Below the pieces are notes generated by a model. That model was not told the DNA's origin, ran no database searches, and saw only the letters and a program-made list of their open reading frames with translations. Positions 10,590 to 20,469 of a DNA stretch of 64,000 nt are shown one piece after another. Position numbers and translations under genes: made by a program. The DNA comes from Candidatus Eiseniibacteriota bacterium (GTDB lineage: Bacteria; Eisenbacteria; RBG-16-71-46), in contig JBBRLX010000015.1 in NCBI GenBank assembly GCA_038231135.1, positions 23,982 through 87,981 on the forward strand. Direction: 5' to 3'. The first letter of the stretch is position 1; the number at the start of each line of letters is the position of its first letter.

Positions 10590-10790
10590 TTACTCGGCGT
10601 CTTCCTCGTAGCCGTAGGGCACCTCGTGGCGGATCGTGCGTTCCAGTGCCACTGCCGTCACCTTGCCCTTGAGCGTTTCGTTCGTGCGCCGCTGCCATTC
10701 GTTGAGGCGACGCGCCTCGCGCGCGGCGACGATCGCCAGCTCGTACTTGCTGTAGCCGGGAGGCGGAATCAGGGATGCCAGTTTCGTCAT
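10590..10790 (-). CDS. rpoZ: RNA polymerase omega subunit
   Basis: SKYELAIVAAREARRL...K.TAVALE; position between gmk and coaBC. Confidence 0.85.
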   Translation of the reverse strand: MTKLASLIPPPGYSKYELAIVAAREARRLNEWQRRTNETLKGKVTAVALERTIRHEVPYGYEEDAE

Positions 10791-10793
10791 GCG

Positions 10794-11483
10794 TTACTCC
10801 TTATGGGTATGGGCAGGAGCGCCCGGCTGCACGCGCAACCGTGACACGCGCGTCCGCTCCGCGTCGACGATCGCGACCAGATGCTCGAGGGCGCGATCGA
10901 TGTGATCGTTGACTACGATGTACTGGTACTCACGATACTGCGTCAGCTCGGCCGGCGCAGCCTCGAGCCGGCGCTCGACCGCCTCCGGCGTCTCGGTGTT
11001 GCGGCCCAGCAATCGCTGCCGCAACGCGTCGATCGACGGCGGATAGATGAACACCGACACCGCGTCCGGCCGCACGCGGCGGACGCTGGCCCCACCCTGG
11101 ACGTCGACATCGAGCACCACGACGCGGCCGTCGCGGACTCCCTGATCCACCATCTCGGCCGGCGTGCCGTAGAGATGCCCGTGCACTTCGGCGGTCTCGA
11201 GGAACAGCCCGTGTTCGCGGCGGTGCAGGAACTCCTCGCGCGTCACGAATTCGTATTCCACCCCGTGAACCTCGTTTGGCCGCTTCGGCCGCGTCGTGGC
11301 CGAGATCGAGAACACGCACTCCGGCCGCGCCACGGTGAGCCGCTCGACGAGCGTGCCCTTGCCCGCTCCCGACGGGCCCGACACCACGAACAGGAACCCG
11401 CCCGGCTCGAATTGGAAACCGCGGTCGGCGGCGGAGCCGCCTGCAGGCCGCGAATCGGGCCGCGAATTGATGTCGGCGGCCAT
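10794..11483 (-). CDS. gmk: Guanylate kinase
   Basis: VSGPSGAGKGT, SISATTR.KRP.E..G.EY.F, YGTP, DVQG; start uncertain. Confidence 0.96.
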   Translation of the reverse strand: MAADINSRPDSRPAGGSAADRGFQFEPGGFLFVVSGPSGAGKGTLVERLTVARPECVFSISATTRPKRPNEVHGVEYEFVTREEFLHRREHGLFLETAEVHGHLYGTPAEMVDQGVRDGRVVVLDVDVQGGASVRRVRPDAVSVFIYPPSIDALRQRLLGRNTETPEAVERRLEAAPAELTQYREYQYIVVNDHIDRALEHLVAIVDAERTRVSRLRVQPGAPAHTHKE

Positions 11484-11491
11484 GGCGGCGA

Positions 11492-12370
11492 TCACTCGAC
11501 GTTCTGCACCTGCTCGCGCAGGCGCTCGATTTCTTCCTTGATGACGATCACCGCACGCGTGATCTGCACGTCGTTGGACTTGGAGCCGATCGTGTTCGCC
11601 TCGCGGTTCATCTCCTGCAGCAGGAAGTTGAGCTTGCGGCCCGCCAGCTCGCTGCCCTCGATCAGCGATCGGAACTGGTCGATGTGGGCGGCGAGGCGGA
11701 CGCATTCCTCGGTGCAGTCGAGCCGGTCGACCATCAGCGCCACTTCCTGCGCGATACGGATCGGGTCCATCTCCACGTCGCCGAGCAGCAACTGGACGCG
11801 GCTCGTGAGCCGCTCCTTGGCCTCGACCGGGCGATACGGCGCGCGCACGCTGACGAGGTCGAGCTGTTCGCGGATCAGCGTGAGGCGCTGCTCGAGATCC
11901 CTGGTCAGCGACTGGCCCTCGCGGGACTTCATCGCCTCCATGTTGTCGCACGCCAGGTTGACGACGTTCCTGACCAGCGACCACGTCTCCTCGTCCGACA
12001 TCGCCGTGTGCTCCCACGTGAACACGTCGGGGAGCTGGGCCAGCGTGCGCATGTCGAGCCCGCTCGCGAGCTGATAGCGCGAGCGCAACTGCTCGAGCAG
12101 CGCCACGTAGCGGTCGGCGACCGCCTCGTTGACCTTGAGCACCTCGCCCGACTCGCCGACGCCCGCCCACGTCACCGTGATGTTGAACTTGCCGCGCGAG
12201 AACCGCTCCTGGATCAGCTGCCGGACCTGGTCTTCGAACAGGCAGACGATCTTGGGCCCCCGCAGGGAAACGTCGCAGAACCGGTGGTTGACCGAGCGGA
12301 TTTCGGCGGTCATCCGCTGGCCGTCACCCTCCACGTCGGCGGACCCGTAGCCGGTCATGCTGCGAATCAT
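11492..12370 (-). CDS. yicC: YicC/YloC family endoribonuclease
   Basis: MIRSMTGYG, SVNHRF, GRKLNFLLQEMNREANTIGSK, EQVQNVE. Confidence 0.96.
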   Translation of the reverse strand: MIRSMTGYGSADVEGDGQRMTAEIRSVNHRFCDVSLRGPKIVCLFEDQVRQLIQERFSRGKFNITVTWAGVGESGEVLKVNEAVADRYVALLEQLRSRYQLASGLDMRTLAQLPDVFTWEHTAMSDEETWSLVRNVVNLACDNMEAMKSREGQSLTRDLEQRLTLIREQLDLVSVRAPYRPVEAKERLTSRVQLLLGDVEMDPIRIAQEVALMVDRLDCTEECVRLAAHIDQFRSLIEGSELAGRKLNFLLQEMNREANTIGSKSNDVQITRAVIVIKEEIERLREQVQNVE

Positions 12371-12486
12371 GCGGACTCCTGGAGTGATGGGATTGCGGGG
12401 GTTGGGCGGCCGGTCCCCGGGGTGGCCGGTGCCGGACTGCCGGACCATACAAGGTAGGCGAGGCCCGGCTGCGAGTCAACGACCGG

Positions 12487-12942
12487 TCAGGACGAGTCCG
12501 AATCGTCCGCGGGCGGTCGAAACAGCCCTTCCAGCTTGCGGCGGGCGGCCGCTTTCGGGTCCTGCTCCGGGCGTTCGGGAGGCTTCCCGCCGCCGAACAG
12601 GTTGTCGAGCTTCTCACGCGCCGTGCGGGTCGCGTCGGGGGCCGCCGCCGTGCCCCCGAACAGCGCTTCGAGCTTCGCGCGTGCGTCCGCGGGCGACTTG
12701 CCGGCCGGCCCCGCGAACGGGGCACGACTGAAGTAGAAGAATTCGCAGAAGTTCCGCCGCGCCTTGTCTTCCACGAGCTCCGCTTCCGTCTCGCGGCAGG
12801 AGTTGTTGCGGGACGTGTCGTAGTGCCGGCAATTGCGGCAGCAACGCAGGTCGCGGCCACACGACGCGCACTCCGCATCGCGCGGGATCGGCTCGTCGAT
12901 CGTGACCGGCGCGCCGCAGTTCTGACATTGGAGCGAGGGCAT
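12487..12942 (-). CDS. Cys-rich (zinc-ribbon-like) hypothetical protein
   Basis: CQNC..CASC..CCRNC..C..NFCEFF followed by three repeats of ARxKLExLF. Confidence 0.75.
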   Translation of the reverse strand: MPSLQCQNCGAPVTIDEPIPRDAECASCGRDLRCCRNCRHYDTSRNNSCRETEAELVEDKARRNFCEFFYFSRAPFAGPAGKSPADARAKLEALFGGTAAAPDATRTAREKLDNLFGGGKPPERPEQDPKAAARRKLEGLFRPPADDSDSS

Positions 12943-13009
12943 TCGGAAAGGCTAGCACAACGCCGGTGGCCGTTTGCCCGGGCCTCCGGCATTGCCTAGC
13001 GTGCGGGGC

Positions 13010-14050
13010 ATGACCTCCCCTGCCGATCCCGATTCGCGAGCCCTGGGGCCCGCATCCGACCCCGCGCGCGAACGCGCTGCCGCAATCGTGCGCGCGCTCA
13101 AGACGTATGCGAAAAAGCTGACCCGCAAGCTCGAAGCCATTCGCGGCGACCTGGCCGAGGCCCAGCGGGCCCCGGAGTTCCGCCGCGCCGGCGAGGCGCT
13201 GCTGACCTACATCAACCAGGTGCCCGCGCGCGCGGCCCGGGTGTCGCTACCCGATCCCGCGGACCCAGCGCGATCGCTCGAGATTGCGCTCGACCCCATG
13301 GTGAAGCCCCAGGTGAACGCCGCGCGGTACTTCAAGCGCGCCGCCAAGGCCGAGCGCGGCATGGAGGAGATTCCGCCGCGGCTTTCGGCGCTGGAGACAC
13401 TGATCGGGTCGCTACGCGGGTTGATCGAGAGAGTGGACGCCACGCTGGCCGCCGGTGCGGCCGCGTCCCCGCTCGATGCGGCGCTGCTGCGGGAGCTGGA
13501 GAACGCGTTCGACCGCATGCCCCCCAACGCGCGCAAGGAAGCCGGCGTGCCACCGCTACGCGGCGCGAGCGCAGTGGCCGCGGCGGCCGCGAGCGCGGCC
13601 GAGGCTGCGGCTTCGGGCACGCCCGCCAAGTCAAAACGCGACCACACGCTGCCTGCCAAGCTGCAGCCGCGGCGGCTGCGGACCGCCGAGGGCTGGGACG
13701 TGCTGATCGGCCGCAACAACGAAGGCAACGACCACCTAACGGTGCACATGGCGCGCCCCGAGGACTACTGGTTCCACGTCCACGGCACGCCCGGCTCGCA
13801 CGTCGTGCTGCGGCGCGGCAAGGGCGCCGACGAGCCCTCGAAGCAGACCCTGCTCGAAGTCGCCGCCTGGACCGCGTACTACTCCAAGTCCGCAACCGCG
13901 GGCACGGTGCCTGTGATCTACACGCTCAAGAAGTACGTGCGGAAGCCGCGGAAGGCCCCGGCAGGCACGGTGACATGCGAGCGCGAGAAGATGCTGATGG
14001 TGAAGCCGAAGGAGCCAGGGAAAGAGGCGTTGGCGGATGGGGAGGGGTGA
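13010..14050 (+). CDS. NFACT RNA-binding domain protein (RqcH/FbpA-like, N-terminally short)
   Basis: IALDP..PQVNAARYFKRAAKA coiled-coil motif; LIGRNNEGNDHLT, WFHV.GTPGSHVVL, KYVRKP. Confidence 0.88.
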   Translation: MTSPADPDSRALGPASDPARERAAAIVRALKTYAKKLTRKLEAIRGDLAEAQRAPEFRRAGEALLTYINQVPARAARVSLPDPADPARSLEIALDPMVKPQVNAARYFKRAAKAERGMEEIPPRLSALETLIGSLRGLIERVDATLAAGAAASPLDAALLRELENAFDRMPPNARKEAGVPPLRGASAVAAAAASAAEAAASGTPAKSKRDHTLPAKLQPRRLRTAEGWDVLIGRNNEGNDHLTVHMARPEDYWFHVHGTPGSHVVLRRGKGADEPSKQTLLEVAAWTAYYSKSATAGTVPVIYTLKKYVRKPRKAPAGTVTCEREKMLMVKPKEPGKEALADGEG

Positions 14051-14096
14051 TGAGGGCACGGTCGCCCTCAACAAACTCGATCTCCGAACGAAGCCG

Positions 14097-14987
14097 TCAA
14101 TGAACTTCGTCGCCCATGGATGAGGTGCCCGTTGGCTTGCCGGGCACCGCTGAAAGCACAGTCGGCGTCAACAAGCACGAGCCTCGTATTGATCCGGGCA
14201 ACACGTAGAAATGTGCGTCCTTGGTGAATGAAAAGACTCGGAACAACCGGAATTGATCAGCCTTCTCCTCTGATACACGAATCTCGTTCCGAGTAACCAG
14301 AAACGGGTACGGCTTGCCCCAGTTCGTCGTTTTCACCTCGATGAACACTTCGCGACCTCCAGGTTCGAATGACTGGATATCGTATCCGGCTCCGTCGCCG
14401 TCAATGTGCGCAGTCCAGTGAACTCGCCTGGCCAGATCATCTCTTCCTAGCCGCGAAAGCCTGTTGCGCTCGATCTCCAGGATGAATTGCTCCCCCAGGT
14501 GTCCCAACTTGCGGTTGGCAGCGTCCCGTTGAGTAAAGTCGATTTGTCTAATGCTTCGTGGCGCCACATACCCTGATGGCTTCTCTCGAACTACTGGTTC
14601 GGGAGGGGTCACCTGCCGGTCGGGTTCCGCAAGCTCTGTGGCGGCCCTGACCGCCGGCATTCGGTCAGCGACAGTCTCCATCAACGCAACCAACGCAGGG
14701 TCGTGATCGAGATAATCCACCACAGCTCTTGCCAAGAGTTGCTGAAGATTTCCGAGGGGCTTATAGCCTTCAATGAAGGGGAGGTTGAGATCGAACAGCA
14801 CTGCACTGATGTTTTCGTGCTTTAGTTCGATCGCCCCATCGCTTCGACCCTCCAGGATCTTGGCCAAGTGCCGACGATGATCCGACTTGTTGTACTGCTG
14901 ACCAACAAGCTCCTGTCTAAACATATCGAAATAATCGGCGACCGTTGCCGCAACCTCGGCGTCACTCCAAGGTTTACCTGTCGCCAA
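14097..14987 (-). CDS. DUF3883 (NOV C-terminal-like) PD-(D/E)xK nuclease domain protein
   Basis: C-terminal G..GEQFILEIER, GDGAGYDIQSF, FIEVKTT, TRNE; TTG start; visibly lower GC and different codon usage. Confidence 0.85.
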   Translation of the reverse strand: MATGKPWSDAEVAATVADYFDMFRQELVGQQYNKSDHRRHLAKILEGRSDGAIELKHENISAVLFDLNLPFIEGYKPLGNLQQLLARAVVDYLDHDPALVALMETVADRMPAVRAATELAEPDRQVTPPEPVVREKPSGYVAPRSIRQIDFTQRDAANRKLGHLGEQFILEIERNRLSRLGRDDLARRVHWTAHIDGDGAGYDIQSFEPGGREVFIEVKTTNWGKPYPFLVTRNEIRVSEEKADQFRLFRVFSFTKDAHFYVLPGSIRGSCLLTPTVLSAVPGKPTGTSSMGDEVH

Positions 14988-15053
14988 TTGATCCCCCGTC
15001 GATGCTCCGGCCGTGGAAGTGTGGCTTGGCGTCGCGTTCGCAAGTTGAGAATC

Positions 15054-17015
15054 TCACAGCCTCCCGCCTCTCCTCCGCTCGTCCCCCGCCCTCACCGTCC
15101 ACCCCACCCGATCCGCGTACTCCAGTAGCGGCACCGAATACTTCCGGCTCACGCCGCCGAGATCCTTGAACGCCGCCATGCTCAGCGAGTCCGCCGCGGC
15201 GAAGTGCGCCGCCAGTTTCGCGCGCAACGCCTCCAGCTGCCGCGTCGTGTACGTCAGGTCCTGATTCACGCGTACGAGCCGGCCGAGGAACACTCCGAGC
15301 GTCATCACCTCGCCGGCTGCGACGCCGAAGCGTTTCTGCCAGATCGCGTTGTCGGGCACCGACAGTCCGGCGGCCTCGAGCTCGGCTTCGACGTTCTCGA
15401 CATCGGCGAGCGTCTTGGGCGGTGGCTCCCACGGCACGTCGGTGGGGCGCACGCGGTCGGTACGCAGCTCCAGCACGCCGTCGGCGACCAGCGATTCGAA
15501 CACGGGGTCGAACAGCGCGGGTTCCATGCGGCCGCGCATCGCGCTCTTGAGATCGCCCTTCGCGACTCCGAAGCGGGCGGGATGCGTGCGGGCGTACGTG
15601 CGCACCTCCATCTCGACGTGACTCCGGGCCTCCTGCCAGCGGGCGCCTCCTACCCATCGACCTGCCACTGGCGTCACGACCTGCCCCGCGGCAGCCAGTC
15701 GCCCGAGCGAAGCTTCCACGTCGGCCTCGCGCTCCGACAGATTCTGCGCCAGATGCGCCATCGCGACGGGCTTCGGCTCCTCCGCCAGCCGCTGCAACAG
15801 GCGCTGCTCGAGCGATCCGGTCTCGTGCATCGCTAGCTGCTCGATGCCGGCCTCCTGCCTGCGGCGCTTGCGGCCGACGGGCTCGATTACCGTGCCGCCG
15901 CCAACGGTGCGACTCGGCGAATACGTGCGGATCACGAAGCGGTCGCCGCGCGCGGCCACGGCGGGGCGCTCGAGGCGGAGTTGCGCGAGCGCGCTCTGCC
16001 CGGGCCGCAGTACGAGCTTGCGCTGTTCGCCCTCGCCCTGCTCCTCGCCTTCCAGCAGCAGCAGCCGGCCGATGATCTCGCTCGCGCCCAGATGGAACCG
16101 CACGCGCCGCCCGGACGGCCAGGCCCTGGGCACATCAGGCAGCAACTCGAACCGCACATCGAGAATCTGTGATGCCCGCAGGCTGTCCGGCGCCACGAGC
16201 CAGTCGCCGCGCGTCACCTGCTCGCGCTCGATGCCGTGGATCGCGATCGCGGTGCGCTGGCCGGCGCTCGCAGCGTCCACGGTGTGGCCGTGCACCTGCA
16301 CGCGGCGCACGCGGGTCTCGCGGCCCGAGGGCAGCAGCGTCAGCGTGTCGCCGGTGTGGATCGTTCCGCGCCACAGCGTCCCCGTCACCACGGTGCCGAA
16401 GCCTTCCACGCTGAACACACGGTCGATTGGCAGCCGGGCGGGATCGGCGCTCGAGCGGTTCGCGGCAGCGGCAAGCTGGCGATCGAGCTCGGCGAGCAGC
16501 GCGTCCGTGCCCTCGCCGGTGACGGCGGAAAACTCCACGATCGGCGCCGTCGCGAGCGGCGAGTCCGCCAGCAGCGCCTGCACGTCGCGCTTCACCAGCT
16601 CCGTCCAATCGTGGTCCACGAGGTCGCGCTTCGTGAGCACCACGATGCCGCGCGCGATGCCGAGCAGCTTCACGATCGCGAAGTGCTCGCGCGTCTGCGG
16701 CATCACGCCTTCGTCGGCAGCGATCACGAGCAGCACCAGGTCGATGCCGCCCACGCCCGCCAGCATGTTCTTCACAAACCGCTCGTGGCCGGGCACATCG
16801 ACGATGCCGACGCGCACGCCCGCGGGCGTCACCAGTGGCGCGAACCCCAGGTCGATCGAGATGCCGCGCTGCTTCTCTTCGGGGAGCCGGTCGGTGTCGA
16901 TCCCGGTCAGGCGCCGGACAAGCGCGGTCTTGCCGTGATCGATGTGGCCGGCGGTGCCGACCACGGCGAGGCGGGTGGTGGCGGACGTAGGGGTTCGAGG
17001 GGTGACGGAGGCCAT
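15054..17015 (-). CDS. selB: Selenocysteine-specific elongation factor
   Basis: [38 protein letters not shown]-terminal [12 protein letters not shown] winged helix. Confidence 0.96.
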   Translation of the reverse strand: MASVTPRTPTSATTRLAVVGTAGHIDHGKTALVRRLTGIDTDRLPEEKQRGISIDLGFAPLVTPAGVRVGIVDVPGHERFVKNMLAGVGGIDLVLLVIAADEGVMPQTREHFAIVKLLGIARGIVVLTKRDLVDHDWTELVKRDVQALLADSPLATAPIVEFSAVTGEGTDALLAELDRQLAAAANRSSADPARLPIDRVFSVEGFGTVVTGTLWRGTIHTGDTLTLLPSGRETRVRRVQVHGHTVDAASAGQRTAIAIHGIEREQVTRGDWLVAPDSLRASQILDVRFELLPDVPRAWPSGRRVRFHLGASEIIGRLLLLEGEEQGEGEQRKLVLRPGQSALAQLRLERPAVAARGDRFVIRTYSPSRTVGGGTVIEPVGRKRRRQEAGIEQLAMHETGSLEQRLLQRLAEEPKPVAMAHLAQNLSEREADVEASLGRLAAAGQVVTPVAGRWVGGARWQEARSHVEMEVRTYARTHPARFGVAKGDLKSAMRGRMEPALFDPVFESLVADGVLELRTDRVRPTDVPWEPPPKTLADVENVEAELEAAGLSVPDNAIWQKRFGVAAGEVMTLGVFLGRLVRVNQDLTYTTRQLEALRAKLAAHFAAADSLSMAAFKDLGGVSRKYSVPLLEYADRVGWTVRAGDERRRGGRL

Positions 17016-17614
17016 TACCGTCGACCGCGCTCGAATTCCGGCAGCGCGGTGGCTCCGGCGGCCGTCACCCAGCAGTGCATCCCGAGGTGAGCGAGGCCGG
17101 CGGCGGACATGATCGCGTCGTATTCTGCGGCGGTGCGGTGCTGCAGGTCGCTCACGTTGCCCACGATGTCGTCCTTGTCCGTGAACATCTCGAGGAACGC
17201 GACACCGTGGAGCAGCCCGGCCAGCGTATCGAGCCCTGCTCGGAGCTCCGAGGTCGGGATGTAGTAGAGCGCGCCCGCGCACACGATCAGGTCGTAGGGG
17301 CCGCGCAGCGCGAGCTTGCCCAGGTCGCCGAACCGGCCGCGCTGGATGTTGCGCTTGCGTCCGTAGCGCGCGACGGCGTATTCGCTCACGTCGACGCCCT
17401 CCCAGCGGGCGGCGGGTCGCAACCGCTTCACCACGGGCTGCCAGTGGCCCTCGCCGCAGCACACGTCGAGCACGTTGCGCACCGGGCGCTCGATCAGCAG
17501 CTCCGCGGCGTCGATCGTAAACCGCACGCGGCGCTCGATCTCGGCGCGCGTGAACACGCGCGTGCGCGGCGAGCGGTACCAGCGGTCGAAGTAGGCGCGG
17601 TCGTAGGCGGGCAC
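17015..17614 (-). CDS. Class I SAM-dependent methyltransferase
   Basis: YDRAYFDRWY, VLDVCCGEG, GVDVSEYA, YDLIVC; TAATG overlap with the selB start. Confidence 0.85.
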   Translation of the reverse strand: MPAYDRAYFDRWYRSPRTRVFTRAEIERRVRFTIDAAELLIERPVRNVLDVCCGEGHWQPVVKRLRPAARWEGVDVSEYAVARYGRKRNIQRGRFGDLGKLALRGPYDLIVCAGALYYIPTSELRAGLDTLAGLLHGVAFLEMFTDKDDIVGNVSDLQHRTAAEYDAIMSAAGLAHLGMHCWVTAAGATALPEFERGRR

Positions 17615-17721
17615 GATGGGCTCCGATAGGAAGAGCGCGCCGCAGAGATCTGCGACGCGCTCAGGATACAGGAACCGGGGTGAATCGACGGCCCGCGCGC
17701 AGGCGGCAGTTCGGGCCGGTG

Positions 17722-18975
17722 CTACTCCGAAACGCGCTCCACGCTGGCGCCGAGGCCCAAGAGCTTGGTGTCGAGCGACTCGTACCCGCGATCGAGATGA
17801 TAGATGCGCGAGATGCGCGTCTCGCCGTGGGCGACCAGCGCGGCGATCACCAGCGCCGCGCTCGCGCGGATGTCGGTGGCCATGACCGGCGCGCCCTGCA
17901 GCTGGTCCACGCCCTTGATGGTCGCGATGTTGCGATCGAGCCGGATGTCGGCGCCGAGCCGCGCCAGCTCGGGCACGTGCGTGAACCGGTCGAGGTACAC
18001 GGTGTCGGTGATCGTGCTGGTGCCGTCGGCGACCGAGCACAGCGCCATCATCTGCGCCTGCATGTCGGTCGGGAAGCCGGGATAAGGATCGGTGACGATG
18101 GTGAGCGCCCCCGGCCGCCTGGGCCCGGTGAGCGTGACCTCGCGCGTGCCGATCAGCACCTCGCAGCCGCAGGCTTCGAGCTGCTCGAGCGTGGCGCCCA
18201 GGTGTTCGGGTTCGCACTCGCCCAGCGTGATCGAGCCGCCGGTGATCGCGGCCGCGGCGAGGAACGTCGCGGCTTCGATGCGGTCGGGAATGATCGCGGT
18301 GTCGATCGGCTGCAGCTCCTTCACGCCGTGAATCGTGATCGTGCGCGAGCCCAGACCTTCGATGCGCGCGCCGCACTGGTTGAGCACTTCGCCCAGCACG
18401 GTGATGTCGGGCTCGAGCGCGACGTTGCCCAGCGTGGTCGTGCCCTCGGCGAGCGTCGCGGCCATCATCAGCTGCGCGGTGGCGCCCACCGACACCACCG
18501 GAAAGTCGTAGCGCGCGCCCTTCAGCCTTACGTTGTGGCCGACGATGTAGCCGTGATCGATCTCGAGTTCGGCATTCAGCGCCTGCAGGCCTTCGAGGTG
18601 CAGGTTCACCGGACGCGGACCCCACGCGCAGCCACCGGGCAACGACACCCGCGCCGCTCCCCAGCGCGCGAGCAGCGGCCCCAGCACGTAGATGCTGGCG
18701 CGCATGGTGCGCACCAGGTCGTACGGCGCCTCGAGGCCGTTGGCGTTCGTGGTGTCGATCGTGCACGTGTGGCCCTGGAACGTGATGCGGGCGCCGAGCA
18801 CCTCGAGCACGCGGGCCATGGTGCGGGTGTCCGACAGCAGCGGCACGTTGCGCAGCGTGTGTACGCCGGGCGCGAGCAGCGTCGCCGCCATCACCGGCAG
18901 CGCCGCGTTCTTCGCACCGCTGATGTCGACGCGGCCGTGCAACGGCCGGCCGCCGCGAATGACGAATGCATCCAT
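17722..18975 (-). CDS. murA: UDP-N-acetylglucosamine 1-carboxyvinyltransferase
   Basis: ISGAKNAALP, MRASIYVLGPLL, LPGGCAWGPRPV, PYPGFPTDMQAQ, HLDRGYE; alternative start at 19038. Confidence 0.97.
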   Translation of the reverse strand: MDAFVIRGGRPLHGRVDISGAKNAALPVMAATLLAPGVHTLRNVPLLSDTRTMARVLEVLGARITFQGHTCTIDTTNANGLEAPYDLVRTMRASIYVLGPLLARWGAARVSLPGGCAWGPRPVNLHLEGLQALNAELEIDHGYIVGHNVRLKGARYDFPVVSVGATAQLMMAATLAEGTTTLGNVALEPDITVLGEVLNQCGARIEGLGSRTITIHGVKELQPIDTAIIPDRIEAATFLAAAAITGGSITLGECEPEHLGATLEQLEACGCEVLIGTREVTLTGPRRPGALTIVTDPYPGFPTDMQAQMMALCSVADGTSTITDTVYLDRFTHVPELARLGADIRLDRNIATIKGVDQLQGAPVMATDIRASAALVIAALVAHGETRISRIYHLDRGYESLDTKLLGLGASVERVSE

Positions 18976-19445
18976 GTGCTGGTCCCGGATCGCTAAGTCG
19001 TGGGAAGGCGTGTGAGCTGCGCTGAGGGAGACATCCATGGTGCCGTCCTTCCGGATCGCCCGCGGTTCCGTCCGCTGGGTGTGGGGGAGTTCGTGCTCAG
19101 GTGGCGCCAGATCAGGAGCAGGCCGGGCAGGGTCGTCCCGCTGTCGCGATTATCGGCAGGCGATTGCAGCAAATCAACCTCCGGTTCGAAATTGGATGCC
19201 GAATCGTGGGTGAAATGCCCCGTGTCCGGTACCACATCCTGACGCCGCGAGCGTCATGACGCTCGTCATGGTGCACCGGATTTGCACCCCCTTGATGGTG
19301 CCGGCAGCGAAGCTTGGAACGAACGCTCGATTCCGGCGTATCATCATCGGGAACGCTTCCCACTGTTGAGCCCGACTGATCCGAACACTACCCCGGCGCG
19401 TGCACCGATGCCCGCCGGCCGGCGACCCCTGGAGATTCCGCGTCC

Positions 19446-20393
19446 ATGTTCCTTGCGACCCTCGCGATGCTCGCCGCCGTTTCGGCCCCGGCCGCCATCC
19501 CCACGCACACCCAGTACCCGCCCCAGGTCGCCGACCAGATGATCAAGAAGATCTATACCGACCGGGACCAGGCGGAAGCCTGGATGCGCCAGGACCCGGA
19601 GTCCTACCTGGCCGCCATGCAGCGCAAGGATTTCGCCGGCAGGACCTCGCTCACGATCGGGCGCGCCGAGGACAACGACATCCGGATCGACAACGACCTC
19701 ATCAGGCCACACCACCTGAGGGTCACGGTCGTAGGCGACTCGTTCCACGTCCAGGCGCTGGACGACAGCGCCCGGTTCCGCGTGGAGAACGAATACGAGA
19801 CGCGTGACAGCACGCTCGGGCCGTCGACGATCGGAATCGGCAAGGTTGGTTACATCTGGGGGCGCTTCCATCTGCGACTGTCGCATCAGAACTATCCGGC
19901 GCTCATTCTGTTCGACGGCTTCAGCGACCGATTCAAGCAGTATCACGGGCTCAAGCACTTCCCGGCCGATCTAGGCTATCGCTACGTGCTGCCGCTCGTG
20001 CCGAACCCGCATCCCGACACGATCCTGATCGCGTCGACGCGCGGCGGGAAACGACCGGCGGTGCGGCTCGGGTGGTTCGATTTCAAAGTCGGTGCCAAAC
20101 CCTGCCGGCTCACTGCGTTGCACGTGATCGAACCCGGGATTCCCGCAGGCAGCATGGTGGTGTTCTTCCGCGATGCGACGAGCGGCAAGGAGACCTGCGC
20201 GCTGGGACGTTATCTCGAGGCGACGAAGCTCGGCGCCAGCGGGCACTACCTGCTCGACTTCAACACCGCCACGAACCCGGCGTGCGCATTCTCGGACCTC
20301 TACAACTGCCCGATTCCACCGAAGGAGAACACGCTCAAAGCGGCAATTTTGGCGGGTGAGAAGGATATGCACTACGCGACGGCCTGGAAGTAG
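19446..20393 (+). CDS. DUF1684 family exported protein
   Basis: Signal peptide; FRDATSGKET...GRYL, LDFN.A.NPACAFS..YNCPIPP.ENTL...ILAGEK. Confidence 0.88.
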   Translation: MFLATLAMLAAVSAPAAIPTHTQYPPQVADQMIKKIYTDRDQAEAWMRQDPESYLAAMQRKDFAGRTSLTIGRAEDNDIRIDNDLIRPHHLRVTVVGDSFHVQALDDSARFRVENEYETRDSTLGPSTIGIGKVGYIWGRFHLRLSHQNYPALILFDGFSDRFKQYHGLKHFPADLGYRYVLPLVPNPHPDTILIASTRGGKRPAVRLGWFDFKVGAKPCRLTALHVIEPGIPAGSMVVFFRDATSGKETCALGRYLEATKLGASGHYLLDFNTATNPACAFSDLYNCPIPPKENTLKAAILAGEKDMHYATAWK

Positions 20394-20469
20394 CGCGCGG
20401 GTCGCGCCGGGAACCCGTTCGGCGGGTTTGAGTGGTTTGGTTCGTTGCCAACATAGCAATTTTCGCGTT

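Noticed and set aside
19153..19168. Sigma54-like CGGCAGGCGATTGCA in the murA-DUF1684 gap
   Set aside because: GG-to-GC spacing is 9, not the required 10; no terminator-bounded unit found in this gap.
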